Positions 44,555 to 52,925 of a DNA stretch of 64,000 nt are shown here, in pieces (the first letter of the stretch is position 1; each line of letters starts with the position of its first letter). Origin of the DNA: Verrucomicrobiia bacterium (GTDB lineage: Bacteria > Verrucomicrobiota > Verrucomicrobiia > JAWXBN01); NCBI GenBank assembly GCA_033764445.1, contig JANRIZ010000160.1:3084-67083 (forward strand), in the 5' to 3' direction. Below the pieces are notes generated by a model that made no database searches, had not been told where the DNA came from, and worked only from the letters and a program-made list of their open reading frames with translations. Both the position numbers and the translations under genes were made by a program.

Positions 44555-45484
44555 TCAGGAAAGGGCCGCCAGGTAACGCTCGGCGTCAATGGCCGCCGCG
44601 CATCCCATTCCGGCGGCAGTGATGGCCTGGCGGTACACGCGGTCCACACAGTCGCCCGCCACGAAGAGTCCGGGAAGGGCCGTGGCTGTGCCCTGGGCGG
44701 TTTTGAGATATCCGTCACCATCCATCTCGATCAGTCCAGCCAGGAACTGTGTGTTGGGAACGTGCCCGATCGCCACAAAAACCCCCGCGCACGGGATGTG
44801 GGTTGAGGCACCGGACTTGAGGTTTTTGATTCTGACCCCCGTGACCCTGTCCTGGCTGACATCGGTGATTTCCTCGACGGCGGAGTCCCACACAAACTCG
44901 ATCTTCGGGTTGGCAAAGGCGCGGTCCTGCATGATCTTGGAGGCCCGCAGCGTGTCGCGACGGTGGACCAGATGGACTTTTGAGCCGAAGCGGGTCAGAA
45001 ACGTGGCCTCCTCAATGGCCGAATCCCCCCCGCCGACAACCACCAGCGGCTGGTTGCGGAACATGGGGTTGGGACCGTCGCAGGTGGCGCAGTAGGTGAC
45101 CCCCTTGTTCTCGAGCTTGTGTTCGCTCTCGAGCCCCAGATGCCGGTGGCCGGCCCCGGTGGCAATGATGACCGCCCGGGTCTCGATTTTTTCATCCCCG
45201 AGAATGACCCGGAAGCCGGTGGCCGTTTTTTCGACCTTATCAACCATCTCCAGGTCGCGGATTTTGGTCCCGAACCGTTCCGCCTGTCTGCGCATGGTCA
45301 TCATCAGTTCAAATCCGTCGATCCCGTTTTCAAAACCCGGAAAATTTTCCACGATCGTGGTCGTCGTCAGGAGGCCGCCGGGCATTTTGCCCGTGAACAT
45401 GAGGGGCGCCAGTCCGGCGCGGGCGGTGTAGATGGCGGCGGTGAAACCGGCGCAGCCGGATCCGATGATGATGACGTTTTCCAT
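44555..45484 (-). CDS. trxB: Thioredoxin-disulfide reductase
   Basis: IIGSGCAG, VENFPGF, YCATCDG (CxxC), VGGGDSAIEEA, HRRD..RAS, GVFVAIGH, YRQAITAAG; start moved to 45484. Confidence 0.97.
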   Translation of the reverse strand: MENVIIIGSGCAGFTAAIYTARAGLAPLMFTGKMPGGLLTTTTIVENFPGFENGIDGFELMMTMRRQAERFGTKIRDLEMVDKVEKTATGFRVILGDEKIETRAVIIATGAGHRHLGLESEHKLENKGVTYCATCDGPNPMFRNQPLVVVGGGDSAIEEATFLTRFGSKVHLVHRRDTLRASKIMQDRAFANPKIEFVWDSAVEEITDVSQDRVTGVRIKNLKSGASTHIPCAGVFVAIGHVPNTQFLAGLIEMDGDGYLKTAQGTATALPGLFVAGDCVDRVYRQAITAAGMGCAAAIDAERYLAALS

Positions 45485-45580
45485 GGTCGGAGGGGTTCCT
45501 TGTTTAGAGTGGGTTATACCACTGCCGCAAATCGGCAAAATATCAAGCGGCAGTTGATGGGGGGGATTCCGGGGAGATGT

Positions 45581-46072
45581 TCACAGGGAGGAGGCCTTTT
45601 CCTCCTCCGCAACCCGCGAGATGTACTGGCAAAACGCGTTGTCCTCGCCCCAGAGCAGGTCCGGCAGCTCATCGCGGAACTCGGGCCGACGGCACCACTC
45701 GCGCATGTAGTCATCCCAGCTCATCCAGCGGCGGCGGGCCTCCCGGTCCATGTTTTCCTCGTAGGTGAGGATGTAGGCCCGTTCAAAGAGGGAGACAAGG
45801 ATGCCAAAGAGTGCGAAGCGGCGTTCGGATTGTTCCAGGTCAAGGGTCGGCTGGAGCTTTTGCCGGCGCAGCAGCTGGAGATCCGAGTTGTCCAGGGCCA
45901 GGATCAGGAAATGGTTGTAGGCCTCGGCAAGGTCCAGATAGATTTCCTCCTCGTCGTTGGCGCGTTCCTTGCGGCGCTCGGTGGCAAATGTGTAGATGGC
46001 CAGGGGCAGGCCGATGACAGTCACCAGGTAACTGAGCATTTCCATAAAAAGCAGAAGGGAGGTGAAATCCAT
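45581..46072 (-). CDS. Hypothetical protein with one N-terminal TM helix
   Basis: LSYLVTVIGLPLAIYTF TM followed by an acidic helical domain (SLFERAY, W.SW.DYMREW); typical codon usage. Confidence 0.7.
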   Translation of the reverse strand: MDFTSLLLFMEMLSYLVTVIGLPLAIYTFATERRKERANDEEEIYLDLAEAYNHFLILALDNSDLQLLRRQKLQPTLDLEQSERRFALFGILVSLFERAYILTYEENMDREARRRWMSWDDYMREWCRRPEFRDELPDLLWGEDNAFCQYISRVAEEEKASSL

Positions 46073-46144
46073 GGGGGTCAATCCGGTTGAAAGGACCCCA
46101 GCCTAGGGGGTCGGGGCGGGGGAGGCAAGTGTCACTTTCTGCCG

Positions 46145-46173
46145 TTGCAATCTGCGCCAGTGGGTCCTAGGGT
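46145..46173 (+). promoter_or_regulatory. sigma70 promoter (leaderless) of the dUTPase-like gene
   Basis: TTGCAA - 17 nt - TAGGGT - 7 nt - ATG. Confidence 0.65.
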
Positions 46174-46180
46174 TTGGCCC

Positions 46181-46561
46181 ATGAACCAGCCCGACCAGCT
46201 CCGTGAACTCTTCCGCATGCAGGAAGCCCTCAACAAACGTATTGGCGTTGACACGACAAACATGTCCGAGGAGGAAAAGACCAAGTGGCTCCTGAACTAC
46301 GTGCGGGCCATGAATCAGGAGATGGCCGAGCTGACCGACAGTGTCCCGTGGAAATGGTGGGCCAAGTACCAGAAGTTCGACGAGCAAAATGCGCGGGTCG
46401 AGGTCGTGGACCTTTTTCACTTCCTCATTTCCATGGCCCAGGTCCTGGGCATGAGCGCCGATGACGTTTTTGCCGCGTATGTCAAAAAGAACGAGGTCAA
46501 TTTCAAGCGGCAGGACACCGGCTACGCCGTCAAGGACGAAAACGACAGCAAACACATTTAG
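46181..46561 (+). CDS. All-alpha (dimeric-type) dUTPase-like NTP pyrophosphatase
   Basis: QEMAELTDSVPWKWW, EVVDLFHFLIS, YVKKNEVNFKRQ. Confidence 0.85.
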   Translation: MNQPDQLRELFRMQEALNKRIGVDTTNMSEEEKTKWLLNYVRAMNQEMAELTDSVPWKWWAKYQKFDEQNARVEVVDLFHFLISMAQVLGMSADDVFAAYVKKNEVNFKRQDTGYAVKDENDSKHI

Positions 46562-46790
46562 ATTGCCGATTTCGGATTTTTCATTGGGTTGAAATATGGC
46601 GGCCAGTCCGTTTGTATCGCCGATGGGCGATTGGTTTCAGGATGAAAAGATGTCCTTCGCATCCATCGGGACCTTTGCGGGAAATTTTCACAGCGTGTTC
46701 TTCGTGGTTTCTTCCCGTGGCGTAGGGCTCAATTTTTAATGGGTAGCCCATGGGAAAACTGCCGCTGTGCTTTGGGTAGTACAACGGTGT

Positions 46791-47624
46791 TTATAGCAGG
46801 CGCAGGAACTTCTGAACCAGCTCGTAGGCACGCCGTGCCTGCATGGTTTGCGTTTCAGCAACCGATGAGGCGTGAAACTCCACCAGATGCTGAGGGCCAA
46901 AAGCATCCACACTGGCAAACTTCTCCCGTAAAATCCCGATCGCTTTGGCAATGTTCTTTTCCGTTGCACGCTTCTTCCAATCCCCAGCGAGCTTCTCCAT
47001 CCCATCGCGAAAATGTTCCAAGCAATAGCAAAAGTCGTAGGAATCCTTTGGTTTGTCGCGACCGCCGATTGCGTGCGCTTTCATCACCAGAAAATCCGCC
47101 AGTGAGGCTACCCGAAGCCTGACCGTGTTTGTTGCCCCGCGCACATTCTGGCCGGGAATCATGAGTTCCTCGGGATTATGAAGTGCCTCACTGGCTGCCT
47201 CCACTTGAAGCACCCGGAAATCCGCGAGCTGCTTCGGCCTGTTCTTTTTGAGCTTCACATCTTTCGGGGCAAGAAACTCCACCTCGACCTGTACGGGTTG
47301 CTCACTGTCCTTGAGGTCTACCTCGACCACGAGTTGAAAATTCTTCTCGCCGGTCCGATAGCGTTTCGTATCCAATAACAGTTGTATGAGTTCAGCATAA
47401 CGTCCGTCGTTCAACTTGGCGGCATCCAGTACAATGTCCACATCGATGCTGCCCACATGCGGTTCGTCTGCATCGGGCAGCAACAAATCCGGCGTCCAGC
47501 CACCCACGATGACGAGGCAATCCACAAAGTCCGCCAGAACCTGGCCTATGTCGACCAAAACCCGGCGTGCCGCCGCTGTCTGACGTTTGCTGTAATCCCC
47601 CTCGCTCCGTGGTTCCGGGTTCAT
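46791..47624 (-). CDS. AbiEii/MenT-like nucleotidyltransferase (type IV TA toxin)
   Basis: VIVGGW, HVGSIDVD (GSxDxD), FLVMKAHA..GRDKPKDSYD; ATGA overlap with the upstream gene. Confidence 0.8.
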   Translation of the reverse strand: MNPEPRSEGDYSKRQTAAARRVLVDIGQVLADFVDCLVIVGGWTPDLLLPDADEPHVGSIDVDIVLDAAKLNDGRYAELIQLLLDTKRYRTGEKNFQLVVEVDLKDSEQPVQVEVEFLAPKDVKLKKNRPKQLADFRVLQVEAASEALHNPEELMIPGQNVRGATNTVRLRVASLADFLVMKAHAIGGRDKPKDSYDFCYCLEHFRDGMEKLAGDWKKRATEKNIAKAIGILREKFASVDAFGPQHLVEFHASSVAETQTMQARRAYELVQKFLRLL

Positions 47625-48745
47625 GCGTTCAGCCCCCGCAGTTTCCATTCTGGCTTCAAGCGCTGGTTCAATAACGCCTCTGCCGCTTCCTCACCACGCC
47701 CGCCGCAGTGAGACAAGTCCACATACGTCTGCACGACATTGGTGCAGTTCATCCGATTGTCGCCCGTCGTGCCGCCGTCGCATGAATAAAAAACGCCGTC
47801 ATCTCCCGGTATCAGCACGACGAGGTTTTCGCCCGAATCCACCTGTTTGGCGTCAATTTTTTCCTCAAACAGAGGGAGATACTTCTCCCGGACATAAAGC
47901 CACGTCTTGGGTTGTCGCACATGCGGGGCCTGAATATCCGCTGCAGAAAATGCCGCGTAGGCTGCGAAGCCACCGGTCTGCAAGCCGAGTCCCCCCAGCG
48001 CCTCGCGCAATTTCCTCCCCTGCAACAATGTGAAATAGCTTTTCCGCTCATGACGGTTGAACCGATAGGCATCGCGCCACGCAAAGAGGAGCTTGAGCGG
48101 GTCGCGCAAACGAAAGCCGCCGTCTCCGATGGCTTCGATGAATGCCTCGTCCCGCAAATGACGCACGACCTTGTTCACCAGGCCAAGACTCACCATCGGC
48201 TGGCAGTGGTTCTGAATCTCACGCTGCGTCCATCGCATCCCGGTGTTCTCAGGCAACAACAGTGTACGGATGACCCGTCCCGCCTCCGGTGTGCTCAGGT
48301 TTGCACTCGGACGTGGACGCTTATACACCGGCTTGTTGCCGGTATGTTGGAGTTGCAGTAGACCGGGGACATTCAGCCGGTGATTTCCTGCCAGATCAAA
48401 CCAGCTCCAGCCATGCTCAGCACACAGCTCCGCCACGCGTGGAGAAACCCATGGCAATGCCAGCACAGGCACGATCACCTTCGGGTTGCCTTCAGGTGAA
48501 AAGGCTCTGTCCGCCAACATTCTGAAAACGCTTGGTCGCAACTCGTTTTTGCACTCTACGCAGAGCGCTGCCTTAGCCCCGCCAGGCAAGGGTACGGTGG
48601 CCAGTATGTCAAACCCTGCTTCCGACTTCCCGCCCATAGGCTCAACCAGCCAGCCCTGTAGCCAGCCCACACCGCGCAGCAATTCCTCCAGTTTCGTCGC
48701 CAGAGCCTTCTCCAGCGCCGATTCTGATAGTCTGTGTGTGTTCAT
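47621..48745 (-). CDS. AbiEi-like type IV TA antitoxin/transcriptional regulator
   Basis: N-terminal D..VECK segment, central wHTH (RWTQREI..VSLGLVNKVVRHL..EAFI, LLFAWRDAY), C-terminal G.N.V...P.D.GVF and VQTYVDL...GGRGEEAAE; start 48745 or 48763. Confidence 0.8.
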   Translation of the reverse strand: MNTHRLSESALEKALATKLEELLRGVGWLQGWLVEPMGGKSEAGFDILATVPLPGGAKAALCVECKNELRPSVFRMLADRAFSPEGNPKVIVPVLALPWVSPRVAELCAEHGWSWFDLAGNHRLNVPGLLQLQHTGNKPVYKRPRPSANLSTPEAGRVIRTLLLPENTGMRWTQREIQNHCQPMVSLGLVNKVVRHLRDEAFIEAIGDGGFRLRDPLKLLFAWRDAYRFNRHERKSYFTLLQGRKLREALGGLGLQTGGFAAYAAFSAADIQAPHVRQPKTWLYVREKYLPLFEEKIDAKQVDSGENLVVLIPGDDGVFYSCDGGTTGDNRMNCTNVVQTYVDLSHCGGRGEEAAEALLNQRLKPEWKLRGLNA

Positions 48746-48793
48746 GAAATTTAATATGTTCACGATTACATGAATATATAATTTTTATGAACA
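48739..48793. promoter_or_regulatory. Nested inverted-repeat operator upstream of the AbiE-like operon
   Basis: Four TRTTCAYG-like half-sites: TGTTCATGAAAT (48739), TGTTCACG (48757), CATGAATA (48769), ATGAACA (48787). Confidence 0.7.
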
Positions 48794-48958
48794 TTTGCAA
48801 TCATATTTCGGCCCTATCAGCTGGCACAATCCGAATGGTTGATGCAAGAGGTCCTGAGAATGACATAAACGGGTGCGAGACTATGACTCTTTTATAATGC
48901 GAGGAAGCAGAAAGTGGGGGGGCTTCAGATTCTCTAAATGGGTTTGGATTTGATTTTA

Positions 48959-49984
48959 TTATAGGTGCAAGCCCTTGGCAAACCTGCGATGGGCGGCGGG
49001 CAGGGGAAGTTTGTCCAGATCGGTGAGAGGAATCCAAAAACAGTTTGTGTTGTCTGGACCGAACAGCGTCGCGGCGATGCTTCGTGTGACCCCGTAAAAA
49101 TGGAGTGTGATGCGGTGATGGGTGAAGGTGTAGGGAATCGAATCCAGGCGGGGGCATTTTGCGGAAGGTTTTTCGGGGGTGAGCGGGAAACGCCAGAATC
49201 CGGCAAACCTCTGCCCGTCCGCGATTTTTTCGAGCAGGACCCGTTTTTTGTGGATGAAGACCAGCGCGAACTCCTCCTCGCGGAGCATTTTGCGGCGCGG
49301 GACTTTCCGGGGAAAGACCGCGACCTGACCGTGCGAGTGCGCGGCGCAAAATGCGGCGACCGGACAGCGATCGCAGGCGGGCTTGTGCGGGGTGCAGACC
49401 GTGGCGCCCAGTTCCATCAGCGCCTCGTTGAAGTCGCCGCAGTGGGAGCGGGGCAGAATGTCGGCGGCCCGTTGCCAGAGCCGTTTCTGAAGGGCCGGGG
49501 ATTTGAGGTTGCCACGGATGCGGAAGAGACGGGCAAAGACCCGGGCCACATTCCCGTCGAGCAGTGGCACGCGCAGGCCCAGGGCCATGGAACCGATGGC
49601 CCCCGCCGAGTAACGGCCGATCCCCGGCAGGGCGAGGATCTCCTCAAATTGCCTGGGAAACTCTCCGTTGTGGTCTTTGACAATCAGTCCCGCCGCCTTG
49701 TGCACATTGCGGGCGCGGGAGTAGTAGCCCAGCCCCTCCCAGAGTGAGAGCACCGATTCGAGCGGGGCGCGGGCGAGGGAGGCCACGTCCGGAAACCGCG
49801 TCATCCAGCGTTGGTAGTAGGCAATGACCGTGGCCACCGTGGTTTGCTGGAGCATGATCTCGGAAATCCAGACCCGGTAGGCCGTGCGGTCATGGCGCCA
49901 GGGCAGATCGCGTTGATGGCGCGAGAACCATTTTCGCAGGCGTTTGTCAAAGGCCTGCGCGTCGAAGTGTGCGGGCAGCCTCAC
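48959..49984 (-). CDS. mutY: A/G-specific adenine DNA glycosylase
   Basis: WISEIMLQQT, WEGLGYYSRARN, HhH LPGIGRYSAGAI..DGNVARV, Fe-S motif CTPHKPACDRCPVAAFC. Confidence 0.96.
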   Translation of the reverse strand: MRLPAHFDAQAFDKRLRKWFSRHQRDLPWRHDRTAYRVWISEIMLQQTTVATVIAYYQRWMTRFPDVASLARAPLESVLSLWEGLGYYSRARNVHKAAGLIVKDHNGEFPRQFEEILALPGIGRYSAGAIGSMALGLRVPLLDGNVARVFARLFRIRGNLKSPALQKRLWQRAADILPRSHCGDFNEALMELGATVCTPHKPACDRCPVAAFCAAHSHGQVAVFPRKVPRRKMLREEEFALVFIHKKRVLLEKIADGQRFAGFWRFPLTPEKPSAKCPRLDSIPYTFTHHRITLHFYGVTRSIAATLFGPDNTNCFWIPLTDLDKLPLPAAHRRFAKGLHL

Positions 49985-49987
49985 GGG

Positions 49988-50398
49988 TCATGGGGCGTAT
50001 TTTTGGATCCAGGGACCCGGGTCCGGCCCCAGGTCCTCTCCCGTGAGCAGGCGCAGGCGGTTGATGAGGGCCGCCATGGCCAGGGACCGGGAGGCCTCGT
50101 GGAGACGCTGGGTGCGGGAGCCGCCGATTTGCGGGATGTCATCGGAGGGCGGGAAGGGGAGGGACTGGATGTTTTTGAGTTCGCCGGCAATGACCCGGGC
50201 CTCTTCCCGGTCGGCGGCACGGACCCGGGACAAAAACATTTCCGCGTTGGCGGCGGCGATTTCCAGACGGCGGATGAGATTGAGATAGCGCCAGGTCGCA
50301 TAGGAAAGGAAACCGGCCAGAACCAGGAACAGCAGGATATAGACCATGAAAATTCTGGCAAAACCGGACCGGGAAGAGGGAGGGTGGGGAGTATTCAT
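49988..50398 (-). CDS. Hypothetical single-pass membrane protein (136 aa)
   Basis: 3' part of the listed 281-aa ORF; TM IFMVYILLFLVLAGFLSYATW, C-terminal LRLLTGEDLGPDPGPW; ends 3 nt before the mutY start. Confidence 0.65.
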   Translation of the reverse strand: MNTPHPPSSRSGFARIFMVYILLFLVLAGFLSYATWRYLNLIRRLEIAAANAEMFLSRVRAADREEARVIAGELKNIQSLPFPPSDDIPQIGGSRTQRLHEASRSLAMAALINRLRLLTGEDLGPDPGPWIQKYAP

Positions 50399-50509
50399 GG
50401 AAGGAGGAGGAACGGGTGGGAGTGTGGATGAAAACGGGAATATTGACAATGGCGTGCATTTTAACCACATTACCCCGCTCTTTAAAACCCAAAATGACAA
50501 GGATTTATT

Positions 50510-51703
50510 ATGGCCAAACTTTCCATTCGCGACATTGATCTCAAGGGCAAGCGCGTCCTTGTGCGGGTCGACTATAATGTTCCCCTCGACGACAACGGGG
50601 CCATCACCGATGAAACCCGCATCCGCGAAACCCTGCCCACCCTCGACCATCTGTACAGTCAGGGGGCCAAGGTCATCCTCATGGCGCATCTGGGCCGGCC
50701 CAAGGGAAAACCCGATCCCAAGTTCACCCTGCGGAATGTGGCCAAACGTCTGGCCGATGTTGTCTGCCGTCCGGTCGCCTTTGTGGATGACTGCGTGGGG
50801 GAGAAGGTTGAAAAGACCGTTGGGGCGATGCAAAACGGGGACACCCTGGTGCTGGAGAATGTGCGTTATTACGGCGAGGAGGAGAAAAACGATCCGGAAT
50901 TTTCAAAAAAACTCGCCAAAATCGCCGATGTTTACGTCAATGACGCCTTCGGGGCCGCACACCGCGCGCACGCATCCACCGAGGGGGTGACCCGCCATGT
51001 CGGGAAATCCGCCATGGGATTGCTGATGGAGAAGGAGTTGAAATTTCTCGGCGAGGAACTGGCCAAACCCGCGAAACCCTTTGTGGTCATTCTCGGCGGT
51101 GCCAAGGTTTCCGACAAGATCACTGTCATTGATGCGCTGCTCGACAAGTGTGACGTGATGCTCATCGGCGGGGCCATGGCGTACACCTTCAAGTTCGCGC
51201 TGGACGAGGAGGTGGGCAAATCCCTGTGCGAGCGGGACAAGAAGGAACTCGCCCTCAGCGCCCTTGAAAAGGCCAAGGCCAGGGGCGTAAAACTTCTCCT
51301 GCCCGTGGACAATCTGATCACCCAGGAATTCAAGGCCGGGGCCAAGACCCAGTTTACGACACCCGGTCAGGGCATTCCCGCCGACTGGGAAGGGGTGGAT
51401 ATCGGGCCCGAGACCGTCAAATTGTACTCCGAGGAAATCGCCAAGGCTGGAACCATCCTCTGGAATGGACCCATGGGGGTGTTTGAAATCCCCGACTTTT
51501 CCAAGGGCACCTTTGAGGTGGCGCGGGCCATTGCCGCCAACGGGAAATGCACCTCGATCATCGGCGGGGGGGATTCCGTGAAAGCCGTCAAAAAGGCCAA
51601 GGTGGCCGACCGCATGACCTTTGTTTCCACCGGGGGCGGGGCCAGCCTGGAATTTCTTGAGGGCAGGGAACTGCCCGGGGTCGCGGCCCTTTCCGACAAA
51701 TGA
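50510..51703 (+). CDS. pgk: Phosphoglycerate kinase
   Basis: RVDYNVP, AHLGRP, LENVRY, NDAFGAAHRAHAS, GGAKVSDK, WNGPMGVFE, STGGGASLE. Confidence 0.98.
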   Translation: MAKLSIRDIDLKGKRVLVRVDYNVPLDDNGAITDETRIRETLPTLDHLYSQGAKVILMAHLGRPKGKPDPKFTLRNVAKRLADVVCRPVAFVDDCVGEKVEKTVGAMQNGDTLVLENVRYYGEEEKNDPEFSKKLAKIADVYVNDAFGAAHRAHASTEGVTRHVGKSAMGLLMEKELKFLGEELAKPAKPFVVILGGAKVSDKITVIDALLDKCDVMLIGGAMAYTFKFALDEEVGKSLCERDKKELALSALEKAKARGVKLLLPVDNLITQEFKAGAKTQFTTPGQGIPADWEGVDIGPETVKLYSEEIAKAGTILWNGPMGVFEIPDFSKGTFEVARAIAANGKCTSIIGGGDSVKAVKKAKVADRMTFVSTGGGASLEFLEGRELPGVAALSDK

Positions 51704-51750
51704 CAGAGGAATCAACAACAACCCATTGAACCCACCTGAGGAACACCGTT

Positions 51751-52515
51751 ATGCCCTTTCGCAAAAAAGTCATCGCCGCCAACTGGAAGATGAACAAGAC
51801 CACCGCCGAGGCGGCCCAATTTGTCAGCGATTTCAAAATCGAGCTTGGGGATGAAACCCATGCCGATGTCGTGCTCGTGCCCGCCTTTGTCGCCCTCAAG
51901 ACCGTCAGCGACCTGCTGACCGGAACCGGGATCAAACTCGGGGCGCAGAACATTTTCTGGGAGAAGTCCGGGGCCTTCACCGGGGAGATCTCCGCCGAGA
52001 TGCTCAGGGAGGTGTTTGTGCGCTACGTCGTCATCGGCCACTCCGAACGCCGCCAGTATTTCGGGGAGACCAATGCCACCGTCAACAAACGGGTCAAAGC
52101 CGCCCTGGCCGCGCATTTCCGTCCGATCCTCTGCATCGGTGAAACCCTGGCCGAACGTGAGGCCGGCAAGGTCGAGGAGATTGTCGTCTCCCAGTTCAGG
52201 GAAGGCCTGGCCGGGATCAGCGAGGCGGAGATTCCCGACGAAATCATCATTGCCTACGAGCCCGTCTGGGCCATTGGCACCGGCAAAACCGCCACGCCCG
52301 CCCAGGCCCAGGAGGTGCATGCCCTCATCCGCCGCACCGCCGCCGGGGTTTTTGGTGAAAAATTCGCCGAAAAACTCCGCATCCAGTACGGCGGCAGCGT
52401 CAAGGGCGCCAACAGCCGTGAGCTGATGGGACAGCCTGACATCGACGGTGCCCTCGTCGGCGGGGCCAGTCTGGACCCCCGGGAATTTGCTTTAATCGTC
52501 AAAAACTCCGTATAG
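51751..52515 (+). CDS. tpiA: Triosephosphate isomerase
   Basis: AANWKMN, GAFTGEIS, IGHSERR, AYEPVWAIGTG, YGGSV, LVGGASL. Confidence 0.98.
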   Translation: MPFRKKVIAANWKMNKTTAEAAQFVSDFKIELGDETHADVVLVPAFVALKTVSDLLTGTGIKLGAQNIFWEKSGAFTGEISAEMLREVFVRYVVIGHSERRQYFGETNATVNKRVKAALAAHFRPILCIGETLAEREAGKVEEIVVSQFREGLAGISEAEIPDEIIIAYEPVWAIGTGKTATPAQAQEVHALIRRTAAGVFGEKFAEKLRIQYGGSVKGANSRELMGQPDIDGALVGGASLDPREFALIVKNSV

Positions 52516-52532
52516 ACTCCCTGGCCAATCCT

Positions 52533-52886
52533 ATGAATATTCTCATCAATCTTCTCATGGTGCTTCTGGCACTGGTCTCCTTTGTCATGATCGTCGTCAT
52601 CCTCATGCAGCGTTCCAAAAACGAGGGCCTCGGAGCGGCGTTCGGAGGCGGGGCCATGGACACGACCTTCGGGGCGGATACCGCGAACGTGCTCAAGAAA
52701 TTCACCGTGTACATCGCGATCGTGTTTTTTGCGCTGACCCTGACCATCGGCTGGCTTTTTGCCCATCGCGACAACCGCACGGAAGTCGAGAAACTCCTCC
52801 AGCAGAAGGCCGCCCTCGAGGACAGGGCCGGGTCCCCGAAACCCGCTGCTCCGGCGGCGCCTGTACCAGTTCCCGCCAAAAAATAA
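52533..52886 (+). CDS. secG: Preprotein translocase subunit SecG
   Basis: ILMQRSKNEGLGAAFGGG...FG....NVLKKFT, two TMs, position after tpiA. Confidence 0.93.
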   Translation: MNILINLLMVLLALVSFVMIVVILMQRSKNEGLGAAFGGGAMDTTFGADTANVLKKFTVYIAIVFFALTLTIGWLFAHRDNRTEVEKLLQQKAALEDRAGSPKPAAPAAPVPVPAKK

Positions 52887-52925
52887 TCCGGGCACCCACA
52901 GCCTGTGCCCTGCCGGGGACCTCTC

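Noticed and set aside
46562-46790. Short ORF 46581-46784 and possible att/IS end at the left border of the AbiE-like insertion
   Set aside because: No recognisable protein motif, and no matching direct or inverted repeat found at the right border (48800-48960).
49981-50361. ORF-track 126-aa minus-strand ORF
   Set aside because: The alternative frame ending at 49988 gives a clean TM protein and is preferred; this frame is low-complexity Pro/Ser/Arg.
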